Virus record (IMG/VR): IMGVR_UViG_3300045988_103312
Location: 1 to 52,573 of that record
Source of the DNA: a virus
Direction: 5' to 3' (one strand)
Length of the DNA stretch: 52,573 nt
A program made the translations under genes and the position numbers. Below the pieces are notes generated by a model. The model was not told the origin of the DNA. It did no database searches and was given only the letters and a program-made list of their open reading frames with translations. Numbering within the stretch: position 1 is the stretch's first letter; each line of letters begins with the position of its first letter. Of the stretch, positions 23,402 to 31,423 are shown piece after piece.

Positions 23402-24876
23402 TTTACCTCCAAAATTTCATCGTCCTCCGCAATCTGACGCGCCGAAACCCATCCGCGCCGGGTCAGGATCGGGTGCTCGCCGCTCGCTCGGAGGATTCGA
23501 CCGTCCTCCAGCTCGATTTCGTATATTTCCTCCACGCCCGTCTGCCGGACGTCAAAAAAGCGAGCCGTCGCCGCTCGCCCGTTTTCCTCGTCGTAGCAGA
23601 TCACCGCGCCGGTCTGCCCGACCAGCTCGTCGATGCGCTTTTCGCCGTCCACGGTGCATACCAGCGTGTCTCCGGTCAGGCAGTGGTTGTCCTTGTCCGG
23701 ATACGCGGGCAGGAAATTCCCGTTCTTGTCCTGCAAATATTCGTATTTCTGGAATTCCCGGGCGATGTTGGGCGTTCGCCGCGGGTCGACTGCGATTGCG
23801 CCCAAGTCCTCCAGCCATCGCATGCCGTGCTCCACGCTGCCCGCGCCCTTGCGCACGCCAACGGCGGTCACGCCGCGCCGCTTCAGCTCGGATATCATCC
23901 GCGGATCGGCGCTGTCGCAGCGCACGATCTCCCGCCCTGCCAGCGCGGCGACCTTTTCTGCTAGCGTGTCGATGTTGGTGTGGGAGCCGTAGTACTCGGC
24001 GACGGCATACAGCCTGCGCGTCCTGCGGCTGTAGGCCCAGCGGGTGAACGCGTCCGGGTCGGTGGCAAAGCCGAAGTCGAGACCGTTGTAAAAGGTCTCA
24101 AGAGCGCCGATCTCTTCGTCGCCGATCTCCCGCAGCTCCAAGTTATCGAACACATTGCCGCCGGTGCCTGTGACCTCGCCCAGGTACTCGTTGCGGTAGG
24201 CGCGCTCGTTGGTGGCTCTGACGGCTTCAGCCTCGGCAATAAACGCGTCCGCCAGCCAACTGCGATGTTTTCGAACTACCTGCAGGTAATTGCTGTAATG
24301 CACTAGCCTGTCTTCGCGTGGCTTCAGTGCCTCGGCGTTCACCCAGCACTGCGCCGATTTCGGAGGGTTGTAGCTGTAAAATGTTACGGCTCTCTCCACG
24401 CCGCGAAACACGGATTGCTTGATGGTTCGCACGTCCTCCATACTGCGATATTCCGCCAGCTCTTCAAACCATAAATACTTGAAATAACCATGCGTCAGTT
24501 TGATAGACTTGGATTTCATTGGGTCGTCCGCACCGCGAAACAGCACGCGTTGAACAATCCCGTCCGGCCGCCGATATTCAATCTCCAGCGGCGAACGTCG
24601 GAATCTACAATATGGCGAAAGCCCAAGAACATCAAACGCCCAAATCATTTGAGAATACACGCTGTCCTTCAGCGTGTTCCCAACGCGTCTGTAAATAATA
24701 GCGTTCGCATACTCGTCATCCACAATGCCGATGGCGATCAGCAGCGAAATAAAGCTGGATTTTGTGGAGCCGCGCCCGCCTGCAAGCCAGTATTCCGCGT
24801 GTCCCTCGTCCAGAAAGTCATTCAGCACCGTCCCGAAAGCGTCATCGCAGAACAGCGCGTTGAAATCAACATTCAT
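23341..24876 (-). CDS. terL: Terminase large subunit, N-terminal fragment: N-extein (23683-24876) + intein N-half (23344-23682)
   Basis: PBSX/XtmB-like terminase (Walker A-like WLAGGRGSTKSS) to ...PAYPDKDNH, then CLTGDTLVCTVDGEKRIDELV (block A) and LRASGEHPILT (block B). Start set at ATG 24876 (MNVDFNALF, AGGTG SD), since the longer track ORF overlaps TerS. Confidence 0.85.
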   Translation of the reverse strand: MNVDFNALFCDDAFGTVLNDFLDEGHAEYWLAGGRGSTKSSFISLLIAIGIVDDEYANAIIYRRVGNTLKDSVYSQMIWAFDVLGLSPYCRFRRSPLEIEYRRPDGIVQRVLFRGADDPMKSKSIKLTHGYFKYLWFEELAEYRSMEDVRTIKQSVFRGVERAVTFYSYNPPKSAQCWVNAEALKPREDRLVHYSNYLQVVRKHRSWLADAFIAEAEAVRATNERAYRNEYLGEVTGTGGNVFDNLELREIGDEEIGALETFYNGLDFGFATDPDAFTRWAYSRRTRRLYAVAEYYGSHTNIDTLAEKVAALAGREIVRCDSADPRMISELKRRGVTAVGVRKGAGSVEHGMRWLEDLGAIAVDPRRTPNIAREFQKYEYLQDKNGNFLPAYPDKDNHCLTGDTLVCTVDGEKRIDELVGQTGAVICYDEENGRAATARFFDVRQTGVEEIYEIELEDGRILRASGEHPILTRRGWVSARQIAEDDEILEVKWHGNTAYHTRGAKTRLQTG

Positions 24877-25165
24877 CGCCGCACCTGCGCACAATGATAT
24901 TCGGCGCGCCGCCCTCCGGCGCAACCGTCTCGACTTCCTGCTTTGCCTTTCCAAAGGCTTTTTCAACGCAGAAAATCGCCACGCGCGCCTGTACCGCCGG
25001 GTCTGTCTCTTTTCCCATCATCAGCTCTTCCAGTTTGTCCAGTCCCTTTTTTCCAAGGTCGTTAATGCGCGTTCGGTCTTCATCGGACAGCCTTGGCCGT
25101 CCTGCGCCCTTTCCATGTATCTTGTTGCCTTTAACAAAACGTCCCCTTGCGTCGCGTTCGGCCAA
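24866..25165 (-). CDS. terS: Terminase small subunit (putative)
   Basis: 99 aa just upstream of and overlapping TerL; basic N-terminus RDARGRFVKGNKIHGKGAGRPRLSDEDR. Confidence 0.55.
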   Translation of the reverse strand: MAERDARGRFVKGNKIHGKGAGRPRLSDEDRTRINDLGKKGLDKLEELMMGKETDPAVQARVAIFCVEKAFGKAKQEVETVAPEGGAPNIIVRRCGDEC

Positions 25166-25459
25166 AGCCCGTCACCTCTTTTCACCGTATATTCGTCCGT
25201 AAAAGTCGGAGATACGGACGGATATAAAAAGGCATGGCTCCGCTATATGGCAATCCATGCGTCGTGTTTTTGCCTCCATACCCTCCCACCGAAACCGCGT
25301 CCTGCCCCCAGCCTGCAATAAAAACGGACGCTCCCGCAGCCGGAGAGGAGGAAAGACCCCGGCGCACGCCAAAATCGGCACAGAGAGAGGACAGGCCGCA
25401 ATCTCCGGCCTGTCCATGCTGAAAGTATACCGCAAAAGTACTGCACCGCACTGCCAACT

Positions 25460-25909
25460 TTACGCCGCGTCGCTGTTGCGCAGCTCCCGGAGCACATAGA
25501 AGAACCTCCGGCGCATGCGGTAGAACGAGCGCTCGCTGCATGGGCATCCGTCGGCGATGATGCGGGTCACGCCGTCCTTGCGGGTCACGGCCCGCAGCAG
25601 CCAGGGTGCCAGCTCGGCCCCGGCGAGCTTTGCCGCCCGGTCGATGAGCCGCACGTCCCGCAGCAGGCGCTCCCGCTTTTCGGCCATCTCGGCCACGGGA
25701 TCGGACACGCCTCCGCCGCCCCTGCCCGGGAAATCCGCGCTTCCATCGGCGGCGACGACCGGCTGCGGCGTGGAGACGCGCAGCGTCAGCAGGTTCTCCG
25801 CCTCCTGCTTTTTGCGATGGTACTGCCGGCAGAAGTAGTCAAGCTCCTTATACTCGTCCCAGGTCACGTCCCAGCCGTCCAGATTCACGCCGCGCTTGCT
25901 GGCCGCCAT
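25460..25909 (-). CDS. Putative late-gene transcriptional regulator (RinA/ArpU/sigma-like)
   Basis: Start ATG 25909 with GGAGGAGG SD; C-terminal SERSFYRMRRRFFYVLRELR typical of phage sigma-like activators located upstream of terminase genes. Confidence 0.4.
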   Translation of the reverse strand: MAASKRGVNLDGWDVTWDEYKELDYFCRQYHRKKQEAENLLTLRVSTPQPVVAADGSADFPGRGGGGVSDPVAEMAEKRERLLRDVRLIDRAAKLAGAELAPWLLRAVTRKDGVTRIIADGCPCSERSFYRMRRRFFYVLRELRNSDAA

Positions 25910-25910
25910 T

Positions 25911-26261
25911 TTATTCCTCCTCCCGATGCAGGGAATGCTCCGCATCGAACCTCTCCGGGTAGCGGTGCCGGAGCTTGCGGATGTTGAGAGCCGCCACCGT
26001 CTCGAGGCTCACTCCCAGCACGTCGGCCAGCTCCGCGGCAAACCAGAGCAGGTCGCCAAGCTCGTCCACGACCCTGTCCGCGTTCAGCGGATGCCCCTGA
26101 AAGACCTTCTGATACAGCGCGTGGATTTCGCCGACCTCGCTGGCGAGGCCGTGGAGCGCGTGCATCCGGCGCTCGCAGGGGTTCAGCCTGCCGTTCTGGG
26201 TGCCGCGCGCATCGCGCTGATAGCCGTTAAGGGTCATTTCCCGGGGTTCCATTGCGTGCAT
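25911..26261 (-). CDS. mazG: MazG-like nucleotide pyrophosphohydrolase
   Basis: LASEVGEIHALYQKVFQGHPLNADRVVDELGDLLWFAAELADVLGVSLETV; start ATG 26261 with AAAGGAGGA SD. Confidence 0.8.
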   Translation of the reverse strand: MHAMEPREMTLNGYQRDARGTQNGRLNPCERRMHALHGLASEVGEIHALYQKVFQGHPLNADRVVDELGDLLWFAAELADVLGVSLETVAALNIRKLRHRYPERFDAEHSLHREEE

Positions 26262-26284
26262 GTGGATTCCTCCTTTTTTTGTCG

Positions 26285-26803
26285 TCAGATGTACTGGCCG
26301 AGGTCGTTCCCGGCGGCCACGGCCTGATAGTTGCAGGAGCCGTCCTTGACCAGTTCCTCTGGCGGGCAGATGCTCATGAGTGCCCGGCGCAGCGGGCAGG
26401 AGCGGACTTCGCCGCCCCTGCGCATGCAGATGGCGCACTCGTGCTCGATGGATTTGTTGATGAGCAGCTTGAGGTCGTCGTTGTCCACGATCTGCATGTA
26501 CTGGCCCTTTCGCGACGCGGGCCTTGGTCGGACAATGACCTCGCCGATCTCGTTGAGGCGCTGGAACTTGAGCAGCGTCTTGGTGGGCATGGTCGCGTAG
26601 AGGCCGTCCAGCGCCTTTGCGATGAGATTCTGCGCCAGTCGGAAATCCCGCCAGCCGTTGGGCAGGCTTTTCAGCCTCGGCTTCAGCGCCTCCGCAAATT
26701 TCGCAATCTGCGCGTCCAGCCCGGCAATAAACTCAATGCCGTGGATTTCGAGGGCATTCAGCTCTGTCTGCGGCGGGGCCTCTTTTTTTGCAAACTCGCT
26801 CAT
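26285..26803 (-). CDS. Hypothetical protein with C-terminal Cys cluster
   Basis: Start ATG 26803 (MSEFAKK) overlapping upstream stop (ATGA); HECAICMRRGGEVRSCP...CPPEELVKDGSC. Confidence 0.6.
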   Translation of the reverse strand: MSEFAKKEAPPQTELNALEIHGIEFIAGLDAQIAKFAEALKPRLKSLPNGWRDFRLAQNLIAKALDGLYATMPTKTLLKFQRLNEIGEVIVRPRPASRKGQYMQIVDNDDLKLLINKSIEHECAICMRRGGEVRSCPLRRALMSICPPEELVKDGSCNYQAVAAGNDLGQYI

Positions 26804-27015
26804 CTGTAAATCCTCCCTGTTTCCCGGTCGCGCAGCTCGATTCGATTCAGAAGATCGTAGCCGCACAGATCAATGCATTTTTTGAGGGTGTGTATGACCT
26901 GCTGCGTCCGCAGATCGACTTCTTCCCGCGATTTTTGCACCGCTACAAGTGCATCTCGAGCCGTGAGATCGAGGCAGCCACTTGGGTTGCGGCTGGGAAT
27001 GCTGCTGTGGCTCAT
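26800..27015 (-). CDS. Hypothetical 71-aa protein
   Basis: Track ORF, overlapping-stop/start register with neighbours. Confidence 0.55.
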   Translation of the reverse strand: MSHSSIPSRNPSGCLDLTARDALVAVQKSREEVDLRTQQVIHTLKKCIDLCGYDLLNRIELRDRETGRIYR

Positions 27016-27662
27016 TCCTTCTGCGCCTCCATCGTAATCAGGTCGGAGTGGGGCAGCTTCTCCAGCATTTTGCAGTAGTCAAGCCATTCGTCCAGCTTGT
27101 GGTTTTTCCGGGCGTGGTACTGATTTCGCGCGACTGCGTAATTCAACGTCACCGTTGCCCGCAGATTATATCCGCTCGGCAGCAGCTCGATAATCGCGCG
27201 CCAATATTTACGCTCTTTGGTCTCGTTGAACAGGATACGCAGTGCCTCAAGCTCCACCAGTACGCGCAGAAACAGTTCCTTCGTCCCCCCTCCGACCTCA
27301 TCAATCCCCTCGTGGCTGAAATCGTCAGGCTCGAAGGACTTGATGTGGATGGTGTGCATCTTCGAGCACGAATTTCTGACAGTGCCGACCTTGTAGGTGT
27401 CAAACTCTGCCCACCACACCTGATGGCTGGTAATGTCCATGCCAATTCCGATCATGCGCATAAATTTGCTGTGGTCGGTTCCGGCCTTGACGAGAGACTT
27501 CATCAGCCTTTTGTCATCTGACCCGACCATGTAGCCGATTGAGTAACCCTCATAGTCCTTAAGGCTGCTGCTATCTGCCCTTTCCCAACTGTTCAACGGA
27601 TTTCTAAGGCCGCGGACGGCGGTCTCCCAGCCAAAGGTTTCGACGTGTTCGATTTTGATCAT
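27012..27662 (-). CDS. ThyX-like (flavin-dependent thymidylate synthase-like) protein, divergent
   Basis: GTDHSKFMRMIGIGMDITSHQVWWAEFDTYKVGTVRNSCSKMH parallels the ThyX HxS..E / RHR..S..SxRY layout only loosely. Confidence 0.4.
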   Translation of the reverse strand: MIKIEHVETFGWETAVRGLRNPLNSWERADSSSLKDYEGYSIGYMVGSDDKRLMKSLVKAGTDHSKFMRMIGIGMDITSHQVWWAEFDTYKVGTVRNSCSKMHTIHIKSFEPDDFSHEGIDEVGGGTKELFLRVLVELEALRILFNETKERKYWRAIIELLPSGYNLRATVTLNYAVARNQYHARKNHKLDEWLDYCKMLEKLPHSDLITMEAQKE

Positions 27663-27802
27663 TTTTCATCATCCTCCTTGCGTCTCGTCTCTTGCCACCG
27701 CTCATACTCGTCGTCCGCGTCGCTCCCTGCGACGATGCAGGCGTGCACCATTGCAAGTCCCAGCGCGGCGACGACACCGATTGCGATCCAGATGGCGATC
27801 AT
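27659..27802 (-). CDS. Small membrane protein, 47 aa
   Basis: MIAIWIAIGVVAALGLAMVHACIVAGSDADDEYERWQETRRKEDDEK; TAATG overlap with upstream small ORF; rest of the 151-aa track ORF looks like noise. Confidence 0.45.
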   Translation of the reverse strand: MIAIWIAIGVVAALGLAMVHACIVAGSDADDEYERWQETRRKEDDEK

Positions 27803-27945
27803 TACACGTCCCCCTTTCGCCCAGCCAAAGCACCGGCAACAACAATTGCCGCGGTCAAAGCCATCATATTGCATGAAAATTCTTCTCCCGCCATCAAAGC
27901 ATATAAGAGCGGCCAAACGAAATACAGAATTCCGGCAATCGCCAT
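27802..27945 (-). CDS. Small membrane protein, 47 aa (below track cutoff)
   Basis: MAIAGILYFVWPLLYALMAGEEFSCNMMALTAAIVVAGALAGRKGDV; GAGGAGGG SD upstream. Confidence 0.4.
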   Translation of the reverse strand: MAIAGILYFVWPLLYALMAGEEFSCNMMALTAAIVVAGALAGRKGDV

Positions 27946-27947
27946 TG

Positions 27948-28298
27948 TCAACCCTCCTCAAGCTGCTCCCTATAGATTTCCACCGCGCTCTTGGGCCATT
28001 TGGTATGCGCATCCCACTTCGGCGTTTCAGCCTCCATCTTATAGCATTCGACGATTTCCCCGTCCATGTCAAGCTCTGGTACGGCCCACGTGGACGCAAG
28101 ATAGGTGTACTCATTAGTGATCAACTTCCCGTTCTCGTAGATCACGCCGCCGGTAAATTCCCAGTCCCCGCGCAGCCCAGCCATCGCAATCCGAGGCTTC
28201 CTCTGCGCAATCAGCCGCGCGGCCTTGTCCCAGTCAAAGACCATCATCTCTTTGTCGCGGTTCGCCTCTCCCATCATAAATGCGATCAAAGTATTCAT
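27948..28298 (-). CDS. Hypothetical protein
   Basis: Start ATG 28298 (MNTLIAF) overlapping upstream stop (ATGA). Confidence 0.6.
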   Translation of the reverse strand: MNTLIAFMMGEANRDKEMMVFDWDKAARLIAQRKPRIAMAGLRGDWEFTGGVIYENGKLITNEYTYLASTWAVPELDMDGEIVECYKMEAETPKWDAHTKWPKSAVEIYREQLEEG

Positions 28299-28924
28299 TT
28301 TTCTTCGCCTCCGTCCATCATCGCGCCGCAGAACGGGCAGAACCAAGACAGTCGCTCCCGGCCGAAGCGGTCATGCAATGCAAATTCAGTGCACACAGAG
28401 CAGTATTTTTTGCCGTGGTATTCAGGCGGCAGCATCCCGTCCGCAGTCATCCACTTCCCGTGTCGCACCGGCTCCAACGCGCCGATTCGAGCGATTGCTT
28501 CCGCTGGCGTATGTCCGTCCCATTCCGGCGCACGGTCAAGTTCCCGGCAAGCGAACATCTCCCAATACGGATCAACGTCGTAATGATAAGTAGCCTGCCC
28601 CTGCGGCGTGTCGATTCCTACGATAAACATCCCGTCGTACATCGTACCGTCGTGGTGCTTTCTGGACTTCCATGCCCGCTCCGGGAACGCTTTTACAATC
28701 ACCGAGAACAACACAGCGCGATGGTGGTACAGCTCGTTGAAGGTGTGGTAGCCGTCGGAAGTGTCGCCGTCGATCTTCGCGTCCACGGCGGGAAGTTTCT
28801 CGAGCATGTTGGCGCAATGGTAGAAAAATGAGGCTGCGTCCTTGACCTCTCCAATCGCCATGTCTGCTTTTGCCTGCATGATCGCTACCGCCGTTTCACG
28901 GCTGATCAGATCACCCATACTCAT
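28295..28924 (-). CDS. Hypothetical protein (WDGH-type domain + C-terminal zinc ribbon)
   Basis: DGYHTFNELYHHRAVLF, PEWDGHTP, CSVC...CPFCG. Confidence 0.6.
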   Translation of the reverse strand: MSMGDLISRETAVAIMQAKADMAIGEVKDAASFFYHCANMLEKLPAVDAKIDGDTSDGYHTFNELYHHRAVLFSVIVKAFPERAWKSRKHHDGTMYDGMFIVGIDTPQGQATYHYDVDPYWEMFACRELDRAPEWDGHTPAEAIARIGALEPVRHGKWMTADGMLPPEYHGKKYCSVCTEFALHDRFGRERLSWFCPFCGAMMDGGEEK

Positions 28925-29331
28925 TCCTCCTCCGGCGACTGCGGCAGCGGCATCCAGTGGGTGATAACGTTAGAAATGTTGTTCAATTCAGGTTCTGGTG
29001 TGAGAAAATCTCCATCACCATAGTACATGCAGACAACATCCGGCGAGCCGTCATTACGGTTGCACAGGAAGTATCCATCGTCCTCCGGCAGCCGCTCCCC
29101 GACGCTGATCCAGCGCGGCTGCTGCGCTTCGAGCTGCTGGATGTAGGTAAGTGCTTCATCCGCGAACGCTTCCATGCGCGCTTCAAGCTGCTGGATGTAG
29201 GCGAGGGCATCTCTGTTGAGCGCATCCTCGCACCCATTAACATATTTGTCATATGGGCAATGTGGCTTATTTCCCGTGCACTTTCCTCTGCAAATTTCCA
29301 GCCCCTTCTTAATCTCTTCCGGCGTTCTCAT
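28921..29331 (-). CDS. DUF551-like protein
   Basis: WISVGERLPEDDGYFLC...VITHWMPLPQSP. Confidence 0.6.
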   Translation of the reverse strand: MRTPEEIKKGLEICRGKCTGNKPHCPYDKYVNGCEDALNRDALAYIQQLEARMEAFADEALTYIQQLEAQQPRWISVGERLPEDDGYFLCNRNDGSPDVVCMYYGDGDFLTPEPELNNISNVITHWMPLPQSPEEE

Positions 29332-29347
29332 TTATCTACTTCTCCTC

Positions 29348-29719
29348 TCAATTTCCCACCGTCAGGATGATGCACGGTTTCCAATAAGGCTTATATTCGG
29401 CAAATATCCGTTCCGTTTCCCGTTCCAGTTCCTCATCCGTGATCTCCTGTTCGAAAAATACATTTTCGGCGATTTCGTCGCGGAATTTTTCTCGGTCGGT
29501 AAAACAGTAGCAATCGTTGTATCCCTGCTGGCAATCCAGAAATTCGCCAACTTCTACAGAAATATCCGTACAGCTCATTGCGTAATAGTCGCCACTGTTT
29601 GCGCTATCCTTGGCAAATACGAGCAGCGGTAAATCGGGGTGTTCGATGAGCAGCTTGCGGAGCTGCTCCCCAGAGTGCATCAGCCCGGTCGGCTGTTTTT
29701 CGCGGTCAAGCATCGTCAT
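29348..29719 (-). CDS. Hypothetical protein
   Basis: Start ATG 29719 (MTMLDREK) with GAGAGAGGA SD; track N-terminal extension is Cys/Trp/Arg-rich noise. Confidence 0.55.
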   Translation of the reverse strand: MTMLDREKQPTGLMHSGEQLRKLLIEHPDLPLLVFAKDSANSGDYYAMSCTDISVEVGEFLDCQQGYNDCYCFTDREKFRDEIAENVFFEQEITDEELERETERIFAEYKPYWKPCIILTVGN

Positions 29720-30023
29720 CCATCCTCTCTCCATTGCTGCAAAAATCCTCCGGCAGTACCACGCGCCCATGCAGCATGCACCAGCCGCAATCCTCCCGGT
29801 AGCCTTCCGGCAGCGGAGGCCGCTTGCCCATGCACACGCAGTCCTTGCACCTGACCACCTCCACCACGTCGGCGGCAGGGGCCTCGTCGATGATGTCCAG
29901 CACATCATGAATCACTACATCCGGGATTAGACCCGCGACAGAAATCGTGGAGCACGGCTTTGTTTTGTCACAATACGCGCTTACAGCCGCTTTGAGCGCT
30001 TCAGCGTCAATGTACTTCGGCAT
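29706..30023 (-). CDS. Hypothetical Cys-rich protein
   Basis: VVRCKDCVCMGKRP...CGWCMLHG. Confidence 0.6.
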   Translation of the reverse strand: MPKYIDAEALKAAVSAYCDKTKPCSTISVAGLIPDVVIHDVLDIIDEAPAADVVEVVRCKDCVCMGKRPPLPEGYREDCGWCMLHGRVVLPEDFCSNGERMDDDA

Positions 30024-30026
30024 CGT

Positions 30027-30401
30027 TTATTCCTCCTTCGGTTTGATCCCCAGCTTTTCCGCGATCTCGGCGGGGATGGGCGACCTTTTGCATACGATAC
30101 AGCCTTCGCCACTCCCATCCGTACAATCTGCTCCGAAATAAAGCTCCGGGCAGGGCACGTTTTTCGCGCCCGGAAAAAGCTGCTGCCACGCGTCAAACCA
30201 GCTCGGGTACACCAGCTCGGGGTGATCTTCCGCCCATTTCAGCACGATGCGCTCCGTGGTATCGTCGTAAAGATACTCTTCGGTGAGATCAAACCGGCAG
30301 CCCGACCACTCATCATCATACAGCGGGCATTCATAACAATCGCCCGGATGTTCAAGACATATCCTCCGCGCCTGCCGCATGATCTCCACAAATTCAGCCA
30401 T
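30027..30401 (-). CDS. Hypothetical Cys-rich protein
   Basis: Start ATG 30401 (MAEFVEIM) with AGGAGGG SD. Confidence 0.55.
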   Translation of the reverse strand: MAEFVEIMRQARRICLEHPGDCYECPLYDDEWSGCRFDLTEEYLYDDTTERIVLKWAEDHPELVYPSWFDAWQQLFPGAKNVPCPELYFGADCTDGSGEGCIVCKRSPIPAEIAEKLGIKPKEE

Positions 30402-30603
30402 TTTCAGCCCTCCTGTTCCACAACTCAACGATCTCGCGCTTTGTAAGTCGATAGCGTTCATCTACCTTTCCGATGATACAGTCGGAATTCTGGCAAACCA
30501 CCTCGTATGCCCGCGTGCGCTCGCGTTCGGGCCACGGATAGCGAAAATCCTCTTGCACCTGCGGAAGCTGCCCGCAAAACGGGCAGGGTTTAAGCTCGAT
30601 CAT
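30394..30603 (-). CDS. Lar-family (restriction alleviation-like) zinc-ribbon protein
   Basis: MIELKPCPFCGQLPQV...CQNSDC...LWNRR; GGAGGAGGAGGAAGG SD before ATG 30603. Confidence 0.5.
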   Translation of the reverse strand: MIELKPCPFCGQLPQVQEDFRYPWPERERTRAYEVVCQNSDCIIGKVDERYRLTKREIVELWNRRAENG

Positions 30604-30715
30604 CCTTCCTCCTCCTCCCACAGCTCCCGATCTCCAGCCCCGCACTCGGCCTCCTCGTTGATCCGGCAGCATCCGCCGCCGAGGTCGTGTCTGCACCCTT
30701 CGCAGCTGTCGTGGA

Positions 30716-31423
30716 TCATACCTTTTCCCTCGCTTTCTCAAGCTCTCGAATCACCTCGCCGCCATAGGCGTTTCGTGTCAGGCGGATAAACTCGTCCACG
30801 GTCATTTCACTGTTTTCAATGTCGATTCCGTGATCTCGCGCAAAGGCTTTTCTACCCATCTCGCAGCTTCCCGTCAAACGATTGTGCCAGTCGAAAAACG
30901 CCTTTACTGGATACTTTCCATCGCCCGGAAACGCTTTAAGAAATGCTTTAATGCGCTCTTCCACTGGCATATCTTCAAACAGCTTTTCATTCAGCGCCCG
31001 CATTGCTTCTTGCAACGTTTCTCCGTGGGCAAACAGATCGCCGGACTTTACGACATAACACGGAATTAGCGTCAGATCGCTCAACAAAACGTGTCCTCTG
31101 GCGATATTGCCGTGCACATGATCGATCAGCGTTGGCACATCGTCGACTGGATATACGGTGTTTCCGTTGATCGATTTAATATAGGAGTTGTCACCGGAGC
31201 CGTCGCCGTCGCCGTTGCCGTATCCGGAGCCGCAGCCGTATCCGGAGCCGTCGCCGTCGCCGTCTCCAAATCCGGAGCCTGAGCCTGAGCCGCAGCCGTA
31301 GCCGTGGTTGTAGTTGTAGCCGTCGCCGTCGCCGTATCCGGAGCCGTCGTCGTAGCCGTATCCGGAGCCTGAGCCTGAGCCTGAGCCGTTACTGACACTC
31401 AAAAACTGCTTTATCGCTTCCAC
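30716..31423 (-). CDS. Protein with Gly/Ser/Asp/Tyr low-complexity N-region and globular C-domain
   Basis: GTG start 31423 (GGAGA SD); NGSGSGSGSGYGYDDGSGYGDGDGYNYNHGYGCGSGSGSGFGDGDGDGSGYGCGSGYGNGDGDGSGDN, then a conserved-looking domain. Confidence 0.55.
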   Translation of the reverse strand: MEAIKQFLSVSNGSGSGSGSGYGYDDGSGYGDGDGYNYNHGYGCGSGSGSGFGDGDGDGSGYGCGSGYGNGDGDGSGDNSYIKSINGNTVYPVDDVPTLIDHVHGNIARGHVLLSDLTLIPCYVVKSGDLFAHGETLQEAMRALNEKLFEDMPVEERIKAFLKAFPGDGKYPVKAFFDWHNRLTGSCEMGRKAFARDHGIDIENSEMTVDEFIRLTRNAYGGEVIRELEKAREKV

